From the NCBI GenBank assembly GCA_037130425.1, contig JBAXTB010000001.1, positions 2,527 through 66,526 on the forward strand: 64,000 nt of DNA, in the 5' to 3' direction. Origin of the DNA: Bacteroidota bacterium. GTDB taxonomy: Bacteria > Bacteroidota > Bacteroidia > Chitinophagales > Saprospiraceae. The notes beneath the pieces are model-generated. The model searched no databases and was not told where the DNA came from. It worked only from the letters and a program-made list of their open reading frames with translations. Position 1 is the first letter of the stretch; the number at the start of each line of letters is the position of its first letter. A program made the translations under genes and the position numbers. Positions 29,358 through 37,325 of this stretch are shown piece after piece.

Positions 29358-29648
29358 TTCCGAGTGTGAGGGGATGGGACGCGGATGACGCGGATCCTTC
29401 CAGGGCGCAGATTTAAAAGGATTTTCCGAGTGCGAGGGGGGACACAGATGACACGGATGCAAGCAACACAGATGACTTGATCTTAAGAAAGGATAAATCT
29501 GTGTCCGTAGGCCGTGTCATCTGTGTTTCCCCTCGCATTCGGCAAACTATATTAAATATCCATGCCCTATCCCCTCGCACGCGGCAAATCCTTTTAAATC
29601 TGTGTCCTGACAGGATCCGTGTCATCTGTGTCCCCTCCTCGCACTCGG
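29358..29648. repeat. composite intergenic element: four ~60-70-bp units in -> -> <- <- orientation (nested inverted repeats)
   Basis: Unit core is CCGAGTG[T/C]GAGGGG..GAC[A/G]C[A/G]GATGAC[A/G]CGGATCC..CAGATTTAAAAGGAT. Forward copies start at about 29360 and 29426; reverse copies end at about 29542 and 29648. Example: GACACAGATGACACGGAT (29441-29458) versus ATCCGTGTCATCTGTGTC (29614-29631). Confidence 0.9.
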
Positions 29649-29658
29649 CCATCCCAAC

Positions 29659-30171
29659 CTAAAGATACCGTTCCTTAAAAATCTCTACATGATGCAACTG
29701 ATGCCCCACAATCACCCAAAACATCGTGCGGGTAGATACATTCCAATTGCTCGCGGTGCCCATAAATGTTGATTGCTCCTCACTGCATTGTTTGGCCAAG
29801 AAAATAGAATTCTCGCGCACGACTTTCCATTCTTTCAACAAATCTTTGACGGTTCGGCTTGATACATCGGCCTGTTCCATCCACATATCCTGATTGAAGC
29901 CGGGCATGGGCGCACGGTCGCCGCGCATAAACCACAAGGCCCGGAACGCAAACACCCGCTCTGTGTCGATGATGTGGATAAGCAGTTCCTTGACGGTCCA
30001 TTTTCCTTCGGCGTAGGCATAGTCGCCCTTGTCCTCCGGGAGCGCGCCGAAAAGATCCTGCGCTTCTTTAAACGTTTTTTTTAACAGGGAATTTAAGGAG
30101 CCGCGTGCCGGTAATTTGCTGAGGTAACCTTCGTGAAAGGGCGCGAATTCGCCTGCTATTGGACGTTTCAT
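29659..30171 (-). CDS. DinB-family (DinB_2/YfiT-like) metal-dependent protein
   Basis: 170 aa with KWTVKELLIHIIDTERVF and GHQLHH, the His-triad pattern typical of the DinB superfamily. Confidence 0.88.
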   Translation of the reverse strand: MKRPIAGEFAPFHEGYLSKLPARGSLNSLLKKTFKEAQDLFGALPEDKGDYAYAEGKWTVKELLIHIIDTERVFAFRALWFMRGDRAPMPGFNQDMWMEQADVSSRTVKDLLKEWKVVRENSIFLAKQCSEEQSTFMGTASNWNVSTRTMFWVIVGHQLHHVEIFKERYL

Positions 30172-30473
30172 AAAAAGATAGGTAGATTCTGTTTAAAGGC
30201 AAAAATAAGTAAGAAATTATTGGCAATTCATTTTTAAAGAACAAAAAATACCCTTAGTATTGTCATGCAATTTTTTGCACTTTACAATTTGGAATAGAAG
30301 CAATATCAAGCCTCTTGTGTGTTGAACTGCCGTAAGTCAAATCTTTAGAATCACCTCGGCAGCTTTATAATATATTTCAAGCCATAATAGACAGTCTGTT
30401 ATCTCATCAGAGATACGGTCTTTTATTAGCATTAAAAACCTATATATTAACACACAAAACCTAACGTGTCCCA

Positions 30474-33335
30474 ATGAAATTCACTTTTACTTTTCTGTCA
30501 TGCATTATTTGCATTCATTCCGTTTTGGGCCTGAACAGCGTGGTTGGTCAGTCAGCAACGTTGGCGGATTTTACTTTGGAAGAACTTGGCGTTTTTCCCA
30601 AATATTTATTCGATATCGGCCCTGAACCAATCAGTTTTAAAGTCATTTACCCGGGAAATCAACCCGTCGCCTGCGAAGGTTGTGGAACCGAAAGTTTTAT
30701 TCGAATATCCAGGACAAACGCCGATACGAGTCAAGCCTTAACCGTACTTGTAACGTGGAGCGGAACCGCCGTCGCCAATGTTGATTATCTTTTACCACCT
30801 TCCAGTTTTGTCATTCCGGCTGGAAAGTTTTTTATTGACAAGCCGATATTTGTCTTTTCTGACGGCATCGTGGAACCGCTTGAAACTGTGGTGATTACAT
30901 TAAACGACTCTTGCGCCTGCGTTACGGATACCTTGCGTATACAGGATTTGCCGGCATTGACGGTCGATCTTCAAAATGCAACGATCCATCCCGGTGAAAC
31001 AACGACTTTGACGCCTTTAGTTGCCGGCGGCATTTCGCCTTACAGTTACCTCTGGAACAACGATAGCACCACTTTGTCGATCACCACTGGAATGACGGGC
31101 GTTTATTTTGTATCCGTAACGGATCAATGTGGGCAAACGGCAGAGGATGGCGCCACCGTAACCTATCCGGATACCAGTTGCAGTTACGTAGACCCGATTT
31201 TTATCCCGGATGGCGCTTCTGCGGAATTGCCCTTGGTCATCCACGGCGCTACCAACCCGATCCTCGGCGCGAACGGCCAGGGTTTATGCGGCGTGCGATT
31301 GAATTTTGACCATGAATACATCGGCGATCTTATCATTACCTTGACATCGCCAAGCGGGCAGTCGGTTATGTTGGTTGGTTCGCCGGGACTGTATGGACCT
31401 ACTGATTATACGACTTGGGCAATTTCCTTTGTTCCGTGCAGTGTGCCCGCCGAGCCGGACCCCGGTTTTCCGGCGTATTGGAGCAGCAATCAACCCTGGG
31501 GTCTTTTTGGTAATTATACCGGTTCTTATTACCCCGCCGGCAGCTGTCTGGAGAGCTATTCAGGCCCGGTGAACGGCACCTGGACGCTCAAGGTACAGGA
31601 TGTTCAAGCGATTGACGTGGGCAATTTCTACAGTTATGAACTCCTTTTTTGCGATCCGACTGGTATCAACTGCACCTTTTGCAGCACGAGCGCGCCGATT
31701 ACACATATAAAACCGCCTAAAGTATTATGTATTGATGATCTGCCGTATACCTGGGATGAGTTGCCGCACACGGTTTTAACGGGATCGGGCACGTATGAAC
31801 TGAGTTCTTCCGGATACACAACTGTAAACGGATGCGACAGCATTGTGAAACAAACCATTACGATACTTAATCCATACACCTCCATTATCTCGGCTGCTAC
31901 GCAACTCAATTGTTCGCGGGATTCCATCACGCTGTTTTCCGAGCCTTTCTTCGGAAGTCCGGGCGTAAGTGTGAAAACCTGGACCAACCTGAACACGGGC
32001 GAAACGACGGTTGCGGATACCTGCACCGTCAGAACCCCCGGCGCTTATGTACTGACCAACACCATCAGCTACGATAGCACCAGTTGTTCGTATTCAGACA
32101 CAATTACCATTACGTCACAGTCCACGCTGCTTGAAATGTTTGCCATCGGCGGCGATCAGGGTTGTGCGGGCAATATTGTTCTGTTGGATTATTACCCGGG
32201 CGATGCGTTCTGGACCTTTACCTGGACCGGCCCCAATGGATTTACCTCGAACAGTCCCAAGCCGTATACGGATATTCCCGGCGATTACACCCTGATGGTC
32301 AGTAATGGTCAGGGTTGTTCGGCCAGTTCTGTTGCGACGGTCTCGCCAGGCGCTCCGCCCTCGAATGTTACGGCCCAGGGCGGCGTGCTGGGTTGCCAGA
32401 CTGGTAGTGTACAAATATTCGGCAATTCATCCGATCCGAATGTTTATTACACCTGGAGCGGTCCGAATGGTTTTCTGTCCTACAATCAGAACCCGTTTGT
32501 GTCGGTTTCCGGTGTTTACAAAGTGACGGTGACATCGCCCAACGGTTGCACGAACATGGCTGAAGCGCTGGTAACAGATCCCCCGCCGTCGCCATCTGTC
32601 GGTTTTGTTATGCCGATTGTGGTAAGTTGTGCGGAGCCAGCACAGTTGGTTTGTCTGACGAATGCGACAATGCCGTCATTCGAATGGTCTGGCCCGGAAA
32701 ATTTCAGTTCCATTGAAGCGAAACCATTCGTGTATGTACCGGGTCTGTATGCCGTGACCGTTACCGACGGGGTCACGCATTGCAAGGCGAACGCGACGCT
32801 CAGCGTGCAAGCAGACTCTGCCGCGCCGATTTTCCAAATCATACAAGTGGTACAACCGAGCAACGGACAAAACAACGGCAGCATCAATATTTCCACCAGC
32901 GGCGCGCCGGGGCCTGTTACATATCTTTGGTATTACAACGGAAACACCTTCCCTTATGCTTTTACGGAGGATATTGAAAACCTGGCGGCAGGCTTTTATA
33001 GTTGCATTGCCATGGCGGCCAACGGCTGCTCCAATGTTGAATATTTTACCTTGCAAAACACCATCGCTACCCACGCGGCTTCTGTTATTTCGCCCTGGCG
33101 CATTCGTCCCAACCCAAGCCCCGGCCGTTTTGTGCTGTGTTGCAACAAGGACGCCGGCCCGATCCGCCAATTGCGCGTGTACGAAAGCGGCGGCCGTTTG
33201 ATCCGGGAGCAGACGCCGGGTAAAGTGCAGGATGAATATTTGATTGATTTGGCGGATGAGGCAGAAGGGGTTTACTTTTTGGAAGTTAGGGGGGAAGAAG
33301 GAAGTGTGTGGATGAAATTGGTGGTGGCGCGGTAG
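30474..33335 (+). CDS. T9SS type-A cargo with Calx-beta-like domain, proprotein-convertase P-domain and Ig-like repeats (953 aa)
   Basis: Signal peptide; Calx-beta-like WSGTAVANVDYLL...EPLETVVITLND; P-domain FDHEYIGDLIITLTSPSGQSVMLV. The C-terminus is IRPNPSPGRFVL...GVYFLEVRGEEGSVWMKLVVAR. Confidence 0.88.
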   Translation: MKFTFTFLSCIICIHSVLGLNSVVGQSATLADFTLEELGVFPKYLFDIGPEPISFKVIYPGNQPVACEGCGTESFIRISRTNADTSQALTVLVTWSGTAVANVDYLLPPSSFVIPAGKFFIDKPIFVFSDGIVEPLETVVITLNDSCACVTDTLRIQDLPALTVDLQNATIHPGETTTLTPLVAGGISPYSYLWNNDSTTLSITTGMTGVYFVSVTDQCGQTAEDGATVTYPDTSCSYVDPIFIPDGASAELPLVIHGATNPILGANGQGLCGVRLNFDHEYIGDLIITLTSPSGQSVMLVGSPGLYGPTDYTTWAISFVPCSVPAEPDPGFPAYWSSNQPWGLFGNYTGSYYPAGSCLESYSGPVNGTWTLKVQDVQAIDVGNFYSYELLFCDPTGINCTFCSTSAPITHIKPPKVLCIDDLPYTWDELPHTVLTGSGTYELSSSGYTTVNGCDSIVKQTITILNPYTSIISAATQLNCSRDSITLFSEPFFGSPGVSVKTWTNLNTGETTVADTCTVRTPGAYVLTNTISYDSTSCSYSDTITITSQSTLLEMFAIGGDQGCAGNIVLLDYYPGDAFWTFTWTGPNGFTSNSPKPYTDIPGDYTLMVSNGQGCSASSVATVSPGAPPSNVTAQGGVLGCQTGSVQIFGNSSDPNVYYTWSGPNGFLSYNQNPFVSVSGVYKVTVTSPNGCTNMAEALVTDPPPSPSVGFVMPIVVSCAEPAQLVCLTNATMPSFEWSGPENFSSIEAKPFVYVPGLYAVTVTDGVTHCKANATLSVQADSAAPIFQIIQVVQPSNGQNNGSINISTSGAPGPVTYLWYYNGNTFPYAFTEDIENLAAGFYSCIAMAANGCSNVEYFTLQNTIATHAASVISPWRIRPNPSPGRFVLCCNKDAGPIRQLRVYESGGRLIREQTPGKVQDEYLIDLADEAEGVYFLEVRGEEGSVWMKLVVAR

Positions 33336-33347
33336 GGGTGGGAATAA

Positions 33348-33471
33348 CGAATATCGAACAAGGGGAATATCGAATATCGAATGGGGGCGTTGCGGCTGGG
33401 TATTTTGGGAGGCTGGGCGCAGCGCCCCCCGTTCGATATTCGGTGTTCGATATTCATCTGTTCGATATTTT
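33348..33471. repeat. about 124-bp palindromic element: 3 forward and 3 reverse copies of GAATATCGAA flanking a GC-rich stem
   Basis: Forward copies at 33348-33359, 33365-33374 and 33372-33381. Reverse TTCGATATT[C/T] at 33432-33441, 33446-33455 and 33461-33470. Core GGGGGCG (33383-33389) pairs with CGCCCCC (33423-33429). It starts 13 nt after the stop of CDS 30474..33335 and probably also acts as its terminator. Confidence 0.9.
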
Positions 33472-33574
33472 ATGATGGGTTGAAGATTGTTAATAGCGGC
33501 ACGAATTAAATGATTCCAAATAATGGGTTTATTATACATTTGCCCATACGCAAGTATTAACAAACTGTACTGAT

Positions 33575-36328
33575 ATGCCCCTAAGTTGGAATGAAATAAA
33601 ATCCCGCGCCCTTGCTTTCTCGAAAGAATGGGAAAACGAAAGCAGCGAGCACGCTGAATCTAAGCCATTTTGGGAAAAGTTTTTTAAGGTCTTCGCAATT
33701 GAGCGAAAGAGTATTGCCCGATACGAGGCTTCAGTAAAAAAATTAGGCAACAAACAAGGCTATATTGACCTGTTTTGGCCGGGAAACTTAATTATCGAGC
33801 ATAAATCAAAAGGAAAGGATCTTGATAAAGCCTTTCATCAAGCCATAGACTATTTTTCAGGGCTAAAGGAATATGAGATACCTAAATTTATTCTTGTATC
33901 CGATTTCCAACGGTTTCGACTGTACGACTTAGAAGCTTCTACACAGCACGATTTCCCGCTGAATGAATTGGCCGCCAACGTGCATTTATTCGGGTTTATA
34001 GCCGGGTATCAAAAACGGGTGTACAAAGACGAAGACCCCGTAAATATTGAAGCAGCCGAACGCATGGGACGGCTACACGACCGCTTAGAGGAAGCGGGCT
34101 ACACCGGTCACGCGCTGGAAGTGTATTTGGTGCGGATGCTCTTTTGTTTATTTTCCGAAGACACCGGCATATTTGAGCGCACACAGTTTCAGGACTTAAT
34201 AGATACCCATACCAAAGAAGACGGCAGCGACTTAGCCTTGCAATTAGCCCAACTGTTTCAGGTGTTGAACACACCGCCCGACAAGCGCCTGAAAGTCCTG
34301 GATGAAACCTTGGCAGCCTTCCCGTATGTGAACGGGAAACTATTTGAGGAAAACTTGCCCTTAGCCGCCTTTGATAGCAAGATGCGGGAAATGTTGCTGA
34401 ATTGTTGTGCCTTGGATTGGAGCCAAATTTCACCCGCCATTTTCGGTTCCATGTTTCAGGCTGTTATGAACCCGAAAGAGCGCCGCAATTTGGGGGCGCA
34501 CTACACGTCGGAAAAGAATATTCAGAAAGTAATAAAGCCGCTGTTTCTGGATGAACTGTACACCGAATTTGAAAAGGCCAAAGGCAACCGAAACCGCCTG
34601 AACGAACTACATCGCAAAATTGCCGCCTTGCATTTCCTTGACCCCGCGTGCGGATGCGGTAACTTCCTGATTATTTCATACCGGGAATTGCGCAACCTGG
34701 AATTGTTGATTTTGCGCGAACTAAACAAAACCGGGCAAATGTTCCTTGATGTTAAGGAAATTATCCGGGTAGATGTTGACCAATTTGCCGGAATTGAATA
34801 CGATGAATTTCCGGCACGGGTAGCCGAAGTGGCTATGTGGTTGATGGACCACCAAATGAACATGAAAGTGTCAGATGAGTTTGGGCAATATTTTGTGCGT
34901 TTGCCGCTGAACAAGGCCGCTAAAATCGTGCATGGTAACGCGTTGCGGGTAGATTGGGCCGAAGTCGTGCCGAAAGAGCAGTTGAGTTATATTTTGGGAA
35001 ATCCGCCGTTTATTGGGGCCAAAATGATGAATGAAACCCAAAGGGCTGATATAATTGCTATCACCCCAAATTTGGACGGGGTTGGGCTACTTGATTATGT
35101 TTCAGCGTGGTATTTGAAGGCAGCACAATTTATCCGTGATACTCTTATTCAGGTTGCCTTTGTGTCCACCAATTCCATAACCCAAGGTGAACAAGTAGGT
35201 GTACTTTGGGGTAATATGCTTTCTAAGGGTGTTAAAATCAATTTCGCCCACCGTACATTCAAATGGAACAACGAAGCAAGAGGAGTGGCCGCCGTCCATT
35301 GTGTAATTGTTGGTTTTGCAAGTTTTGATGCAAAGCAAAAACTCATTTTCGATTACCAAGATGCGAAAGGAGAGCCAAGTCAAATCAGCGCACAAAATAT
35401 AAATCCTTATTTGGTAGATGCCGCGACAGTCGTTTTAGTACGACGTTCAAAACCACTTGGTAACGTGCCTGAAATTGGAATTGGAAATAAACCGATTGAC
35501 GGCGGCCATTATTTATTTACCACAGAGGGAAAGGTGAATTTTTTGGAAAAAGAGCCTCAATCTGCACGTTACTTCAGACGTTGGATTGGTTCGGATGAGT
35601 TTATTAATGGTTGGGAACGTTGGTGCCTTTGGTTAGGAGAATGTCCACCAGATGTTCTGCGCAAGATGCCCGAAGCTATGAAACGAGTGCAAGCAGTTCG
35701 CGAATTTAGACTTGCCAGCAAAAGCGCACCGACCCAAAAACTTGCCGAAACCCCAACACGGTTTCATGTCGAAAATATGCCTGATACTAATTTCTTGATA
35801 ATTCCAGAGGTATCTTCAGAAAGGCGAGCTTACATACCAATTGGGTTTGTTTCGCCTGAAACGTTGGCAAGTAACCTGGTAAAAATTATACCCAAAGCCT
35901 CTCTTTATTTATTCGGGGTATTAACATCTTTAATGCACATGTCATGGGTGCGTAGTGTGTGCGGGCGATTGGAAAGCCGTTACCGCTACTCAAAAGACAT
36001 AGTTTACAATAATTTCCCTTTCCCTATCAACCCAACCGACGCGCAAAAGCAAAAGGTCGAAGCTGCCGCGCAAGCGGTACTCGATACACGCGCCAAATAT
36101 CCGAATAGCAGCCTTGCCGATCTGTACGACCCTTTAACCATGCCGCCCGACCTGATTAAAGCGCACCAAGCCTTAGACAAAGCGGTTGATCTGTGTTACC
36201 GCTCGCAGGCGTTTACAAGCGAGTTGAACCGGATAGAATTTTTGTTTGGGTTGTATGAGCAGTACACCGCGCCGATGTTTAAAGATGAAGTCAAGAAGAA
36301 CAAGCCCCTTAAAAAAGCCAAAGATTAA
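33575..36328 (+). CDS. MmeI-family Type IIL (IIG) restriction-modification enzyme: single-chain endonuclease, N6-adenine methyltransferase and target recognition domain (917 aa)
   Basis: The N-terminus MPLSWNEIKSRALAFSKEWE...YIDLFWPGNLIIEHKSKGKDL gives the D65-X9-E75-X-K77 nuclease motif. SAM motif I is FLDPACGCGNFL and motif IV is ILGNPPFIG. Length and collinearity match MmeI (919 aa) as I recall it. Confidence 0.9.
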   Translation: MPLSWNEIKSRALAFSKEWENESSEHAESKPFWEKFFKVFAIERKSIARYEASVKKLGNKQGYIDLFWPGNLIIEHKSKGKDLDKAFHQAIDYFSGLKEYEIPKFILVSDFQRFRLYDLEASTQHDFPLNELAANVHLFGFIAGYQKRVYKDEDPVNIEAAERMGRLHDRLEEAGYTGHALEVYLVRMLFCLFSEDTGIFERTQFQDLIDTHTKEDGSDLALQLAQLFQVLNTPPDKRLKVLDETLAAFPYVNGKLFEENLPLAAFDSKMREMLLNCCALDWSQISPAIFGSMFQAVMNPKERRNLGAHYTSEKNIQKVIKPLFLDELYTEFEKAKGNRNRLNELHRKIAALHFLDPACGCGNFLIISYRELRNLELLILRELNKTGQMFLDVKEIIRVDVDQFAGIEYDEFPARVAEVAMWLMDHQMNMKVSDEFGQYFVRLPLNKAAKIVHGNALRVDWAEVVPKEQLSYILGNPPFIGAKMMNETQRADIIAITPNLDGVGLLDYVSAWYLKAAQFIRDTLIQVAFVSTNSITQGEQVGVLWGNMLSKGVKINFAHRTFKWNNEARGVAAVHCVIVGFASFDAKQKLIFDYQDAKGEPSQISAQNINPYLVDAATVVLVRRSKPLGNVPEIGIGNKPIDGGHYLFTTEGKVNFLEKEPQSARYFRRWIGSDEFINGWERWCLWLGECPPDVLRKMPEAMKRVQAVREFRLASKSAPTQKLAETPTRFHVENMPDTNFLIIPEVSSERRAYIPIGFVSPETLASNLVKIIPKASLYLFGVLTSLMHMSWVRSVCGRLESRYRYSKDIVYNNFPFPINPTDAQKQKVEAAAQAVLDTRAKYPNSSLADLYDPLTMPPDLIKAHQALDKAVDLCYRSQAFTSELNRIEFLFGLYEQYTAPMFKDEVKKNKPLKKAKD

Positions 36329-36329
36329 C

Positions 36330-36342
36330 AAGGCTAAGCCTT
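36330..36342 (+). terminator. mini-hairpin directly after the R-M gene stop
   Basis: AAGGC-TAA-GCCTT is followed by TATCTTTC. The stem is only 5 bp, so it is weak. Confidence 0.35.
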
Positions 36343-36394
36343 TATCTTTCACCATATTAAGATAAAAAATATTAATTCGATTTAAAAACACCGT

Positions 36395-36402
36395 TATATT
36401 TG
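36395..36402 (+). promoter_or_regulatory. Bacteroidota-type -7 box (TAnnTTTG) upstream of the three-gene operon
   Basis: TATATTTG ends 10 nt upstream of the ATG at 36412. This implies a very short leader, as is common in Bacteroidota. Confidence 0.4.
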
Positions 36403-36411
36403 TGACCCCTT

Positions 36412-36984
36412 ATGGAGCATGATGTCAAAATAGTACACTTTATTGGCTGGCATGGCGCTGATGAAAATGATTTGGATAGCATCCAAAAAAATAATTTTCG
36501 GGAAAGCACGGGCGACCACCATTGGATTGGTGATGGTGTTTACTTTTTCACTGAAAGGATTGGTGATCCGATTGCCCACGCAGAAAATTGGGCTAAAAGT
36601 GAAGCTTATAAAAAGAAATACCGCCGTTTTGTTGTGATAAAGGCGTCTATCTCGGTCAATGATGATGCCATTTTAGATTTAAATGACACTGTTGGGCTTG
36701 AACTATTCAATCAACATAGGAGTTATGTGCTTAGCGCTTTAAGCAGTAAGGGTAAATCTTTTCGCACTGTTGATGTGAAATATTCTGACAGTAAAGTGAT
36801 AGAGCATTTGAAACAAAGAGCCGGTATTGAGGTTGTAATACGTGATTTCTACGTTCAATTTGGAGAAGATCGTAAAAAAAATATATCGTCACGAGTTCCT
36901 AATTGTACGTTTCTTTGTGTTTCTAATCCTGATGAAAACATTGACCCTGATACAATAAAGGTTGCTCGCAGGGGAAATACTTGA
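36412..36984 (+). CDS. hypothetical 190-aa protein with a PARP-like H-Y-E motif pattern (candidate ADP-ribosyltransferase-fold toxin)
   Basis: WHG (H14), GDGVYFF (Y44) and IEVVIRD (E140). The order and spacing resemble the PARP/diphtheria-toxin-type ART triad. It is the first gene of a tight operon that ends in a SecB-like gene. The fold assignment is inference only. Confidence 0.75.
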   Translation: MEHDVKIVHFIGWHGADENDLDSIQKNNFRESTGDHHWIGDGVYFFTERIGDPIAHAENWAKSEAYKKKYRRFVVIKASISVNDDAILDLNDTVGLELFNQHRSYVLSALSSKGKSFRTVDVKYSDSKVIEHLKQRAGIEVVIRDFYVQFGEDRKKNISSRVPNCTFLCVSNPDENIDPDTIKVARRGNT

Positions 36985-37003
36985 AAGCCAAAATACATCA
37001 ACA

Positions 37004-37318
37004 ATGAACGCTGACGCTATCAAAAAACGATTAGAAGAATACTACCGAACGGCTACACCTGAAAAAATGATTGCTGAATTCGAGGCAATGGGTGTAGAGT
37101 TTGTGGATATTCAGGAGCCTTTTGAGGTCAAATATGATTTCGAATCTACGGCTAACGTTATGTTTAATAACGAGTCGCGCTCTTGGTTTGATAACTTATC
37201 CATTAAGCAAACAGAAGAAGCTTATTCGATGACTACACAGACAAAAGTTGCAGGTCACACCAATCAATCTTCAGGTCAACAGGTCCAAGAAGATTTTCAA
37301 TGCGCAATGGCCGCCTAA
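37004..37318 (+). CDS. small acidic hypothetical protein (104 aa), candidate antitoxin/adaptor
   Basis: The ATG is 19 nt after the upstream stop. The protein is Glu/Asp-rich with a polar Q/S/T-rich C-terminal tail and no recognisable DNA-binding motif. An alternative TTG start at 36962 would overlap the upstream gene. Confidence 0.65.
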   Translation: MNADAIKKRLEEYYRTATPEKMIAEFEAMGVEFVDIQEPFEVKYDFESTANVMFNNESRSWFDNLSIKQTEEAYSMTTQTKVAGHTNQSSGQQVQEDFQCAMAA

Positions 37319-37325
37319 CCTATAT

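Noticed and set aside
27420-29462. Long antisense ORFs opposite the MFS and acyl-CoA synthetase genes (27420..28082, 27614..28369, 28437..29093, 29094..29462).
   Set aside because: The sense strand encodes proteins with unmistakable family motifs (TSGSTGMPKGV and others). The antisense products have no motifs and show Arg/Pro-rich bias.
29413-29662. ORFs 29413..29652 (-) and 29477..29662 (+).
   Set aside because: They lie entirely within the nested inverted-repeat element. They mirror each other because the DNA is palindromic, so they are not credible genes.
32676-33563. A 295-codon minus-strand ORF spanning the end of the 953-aa cargo gene and the palindromic element.
   Set aside because: It is antisense to a well-supported CDS and runs through a repeat element. 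Its composition is Arg/Pro/His-rich with no motifs.
35040-35950. Apparent G+C dips inside the MmeI-like gene, which might indicate a swapped target-recognition domain.
   Set aside because: Hand counts of individual lines across the whole gene range from 30 to 58% without a clean block boundary; low lines also occur in the N-terminal part (for example 33781 at 33% and 34501 at 40%). This needs a proper sliding-window and phylogenetic incongruence test before any claim.
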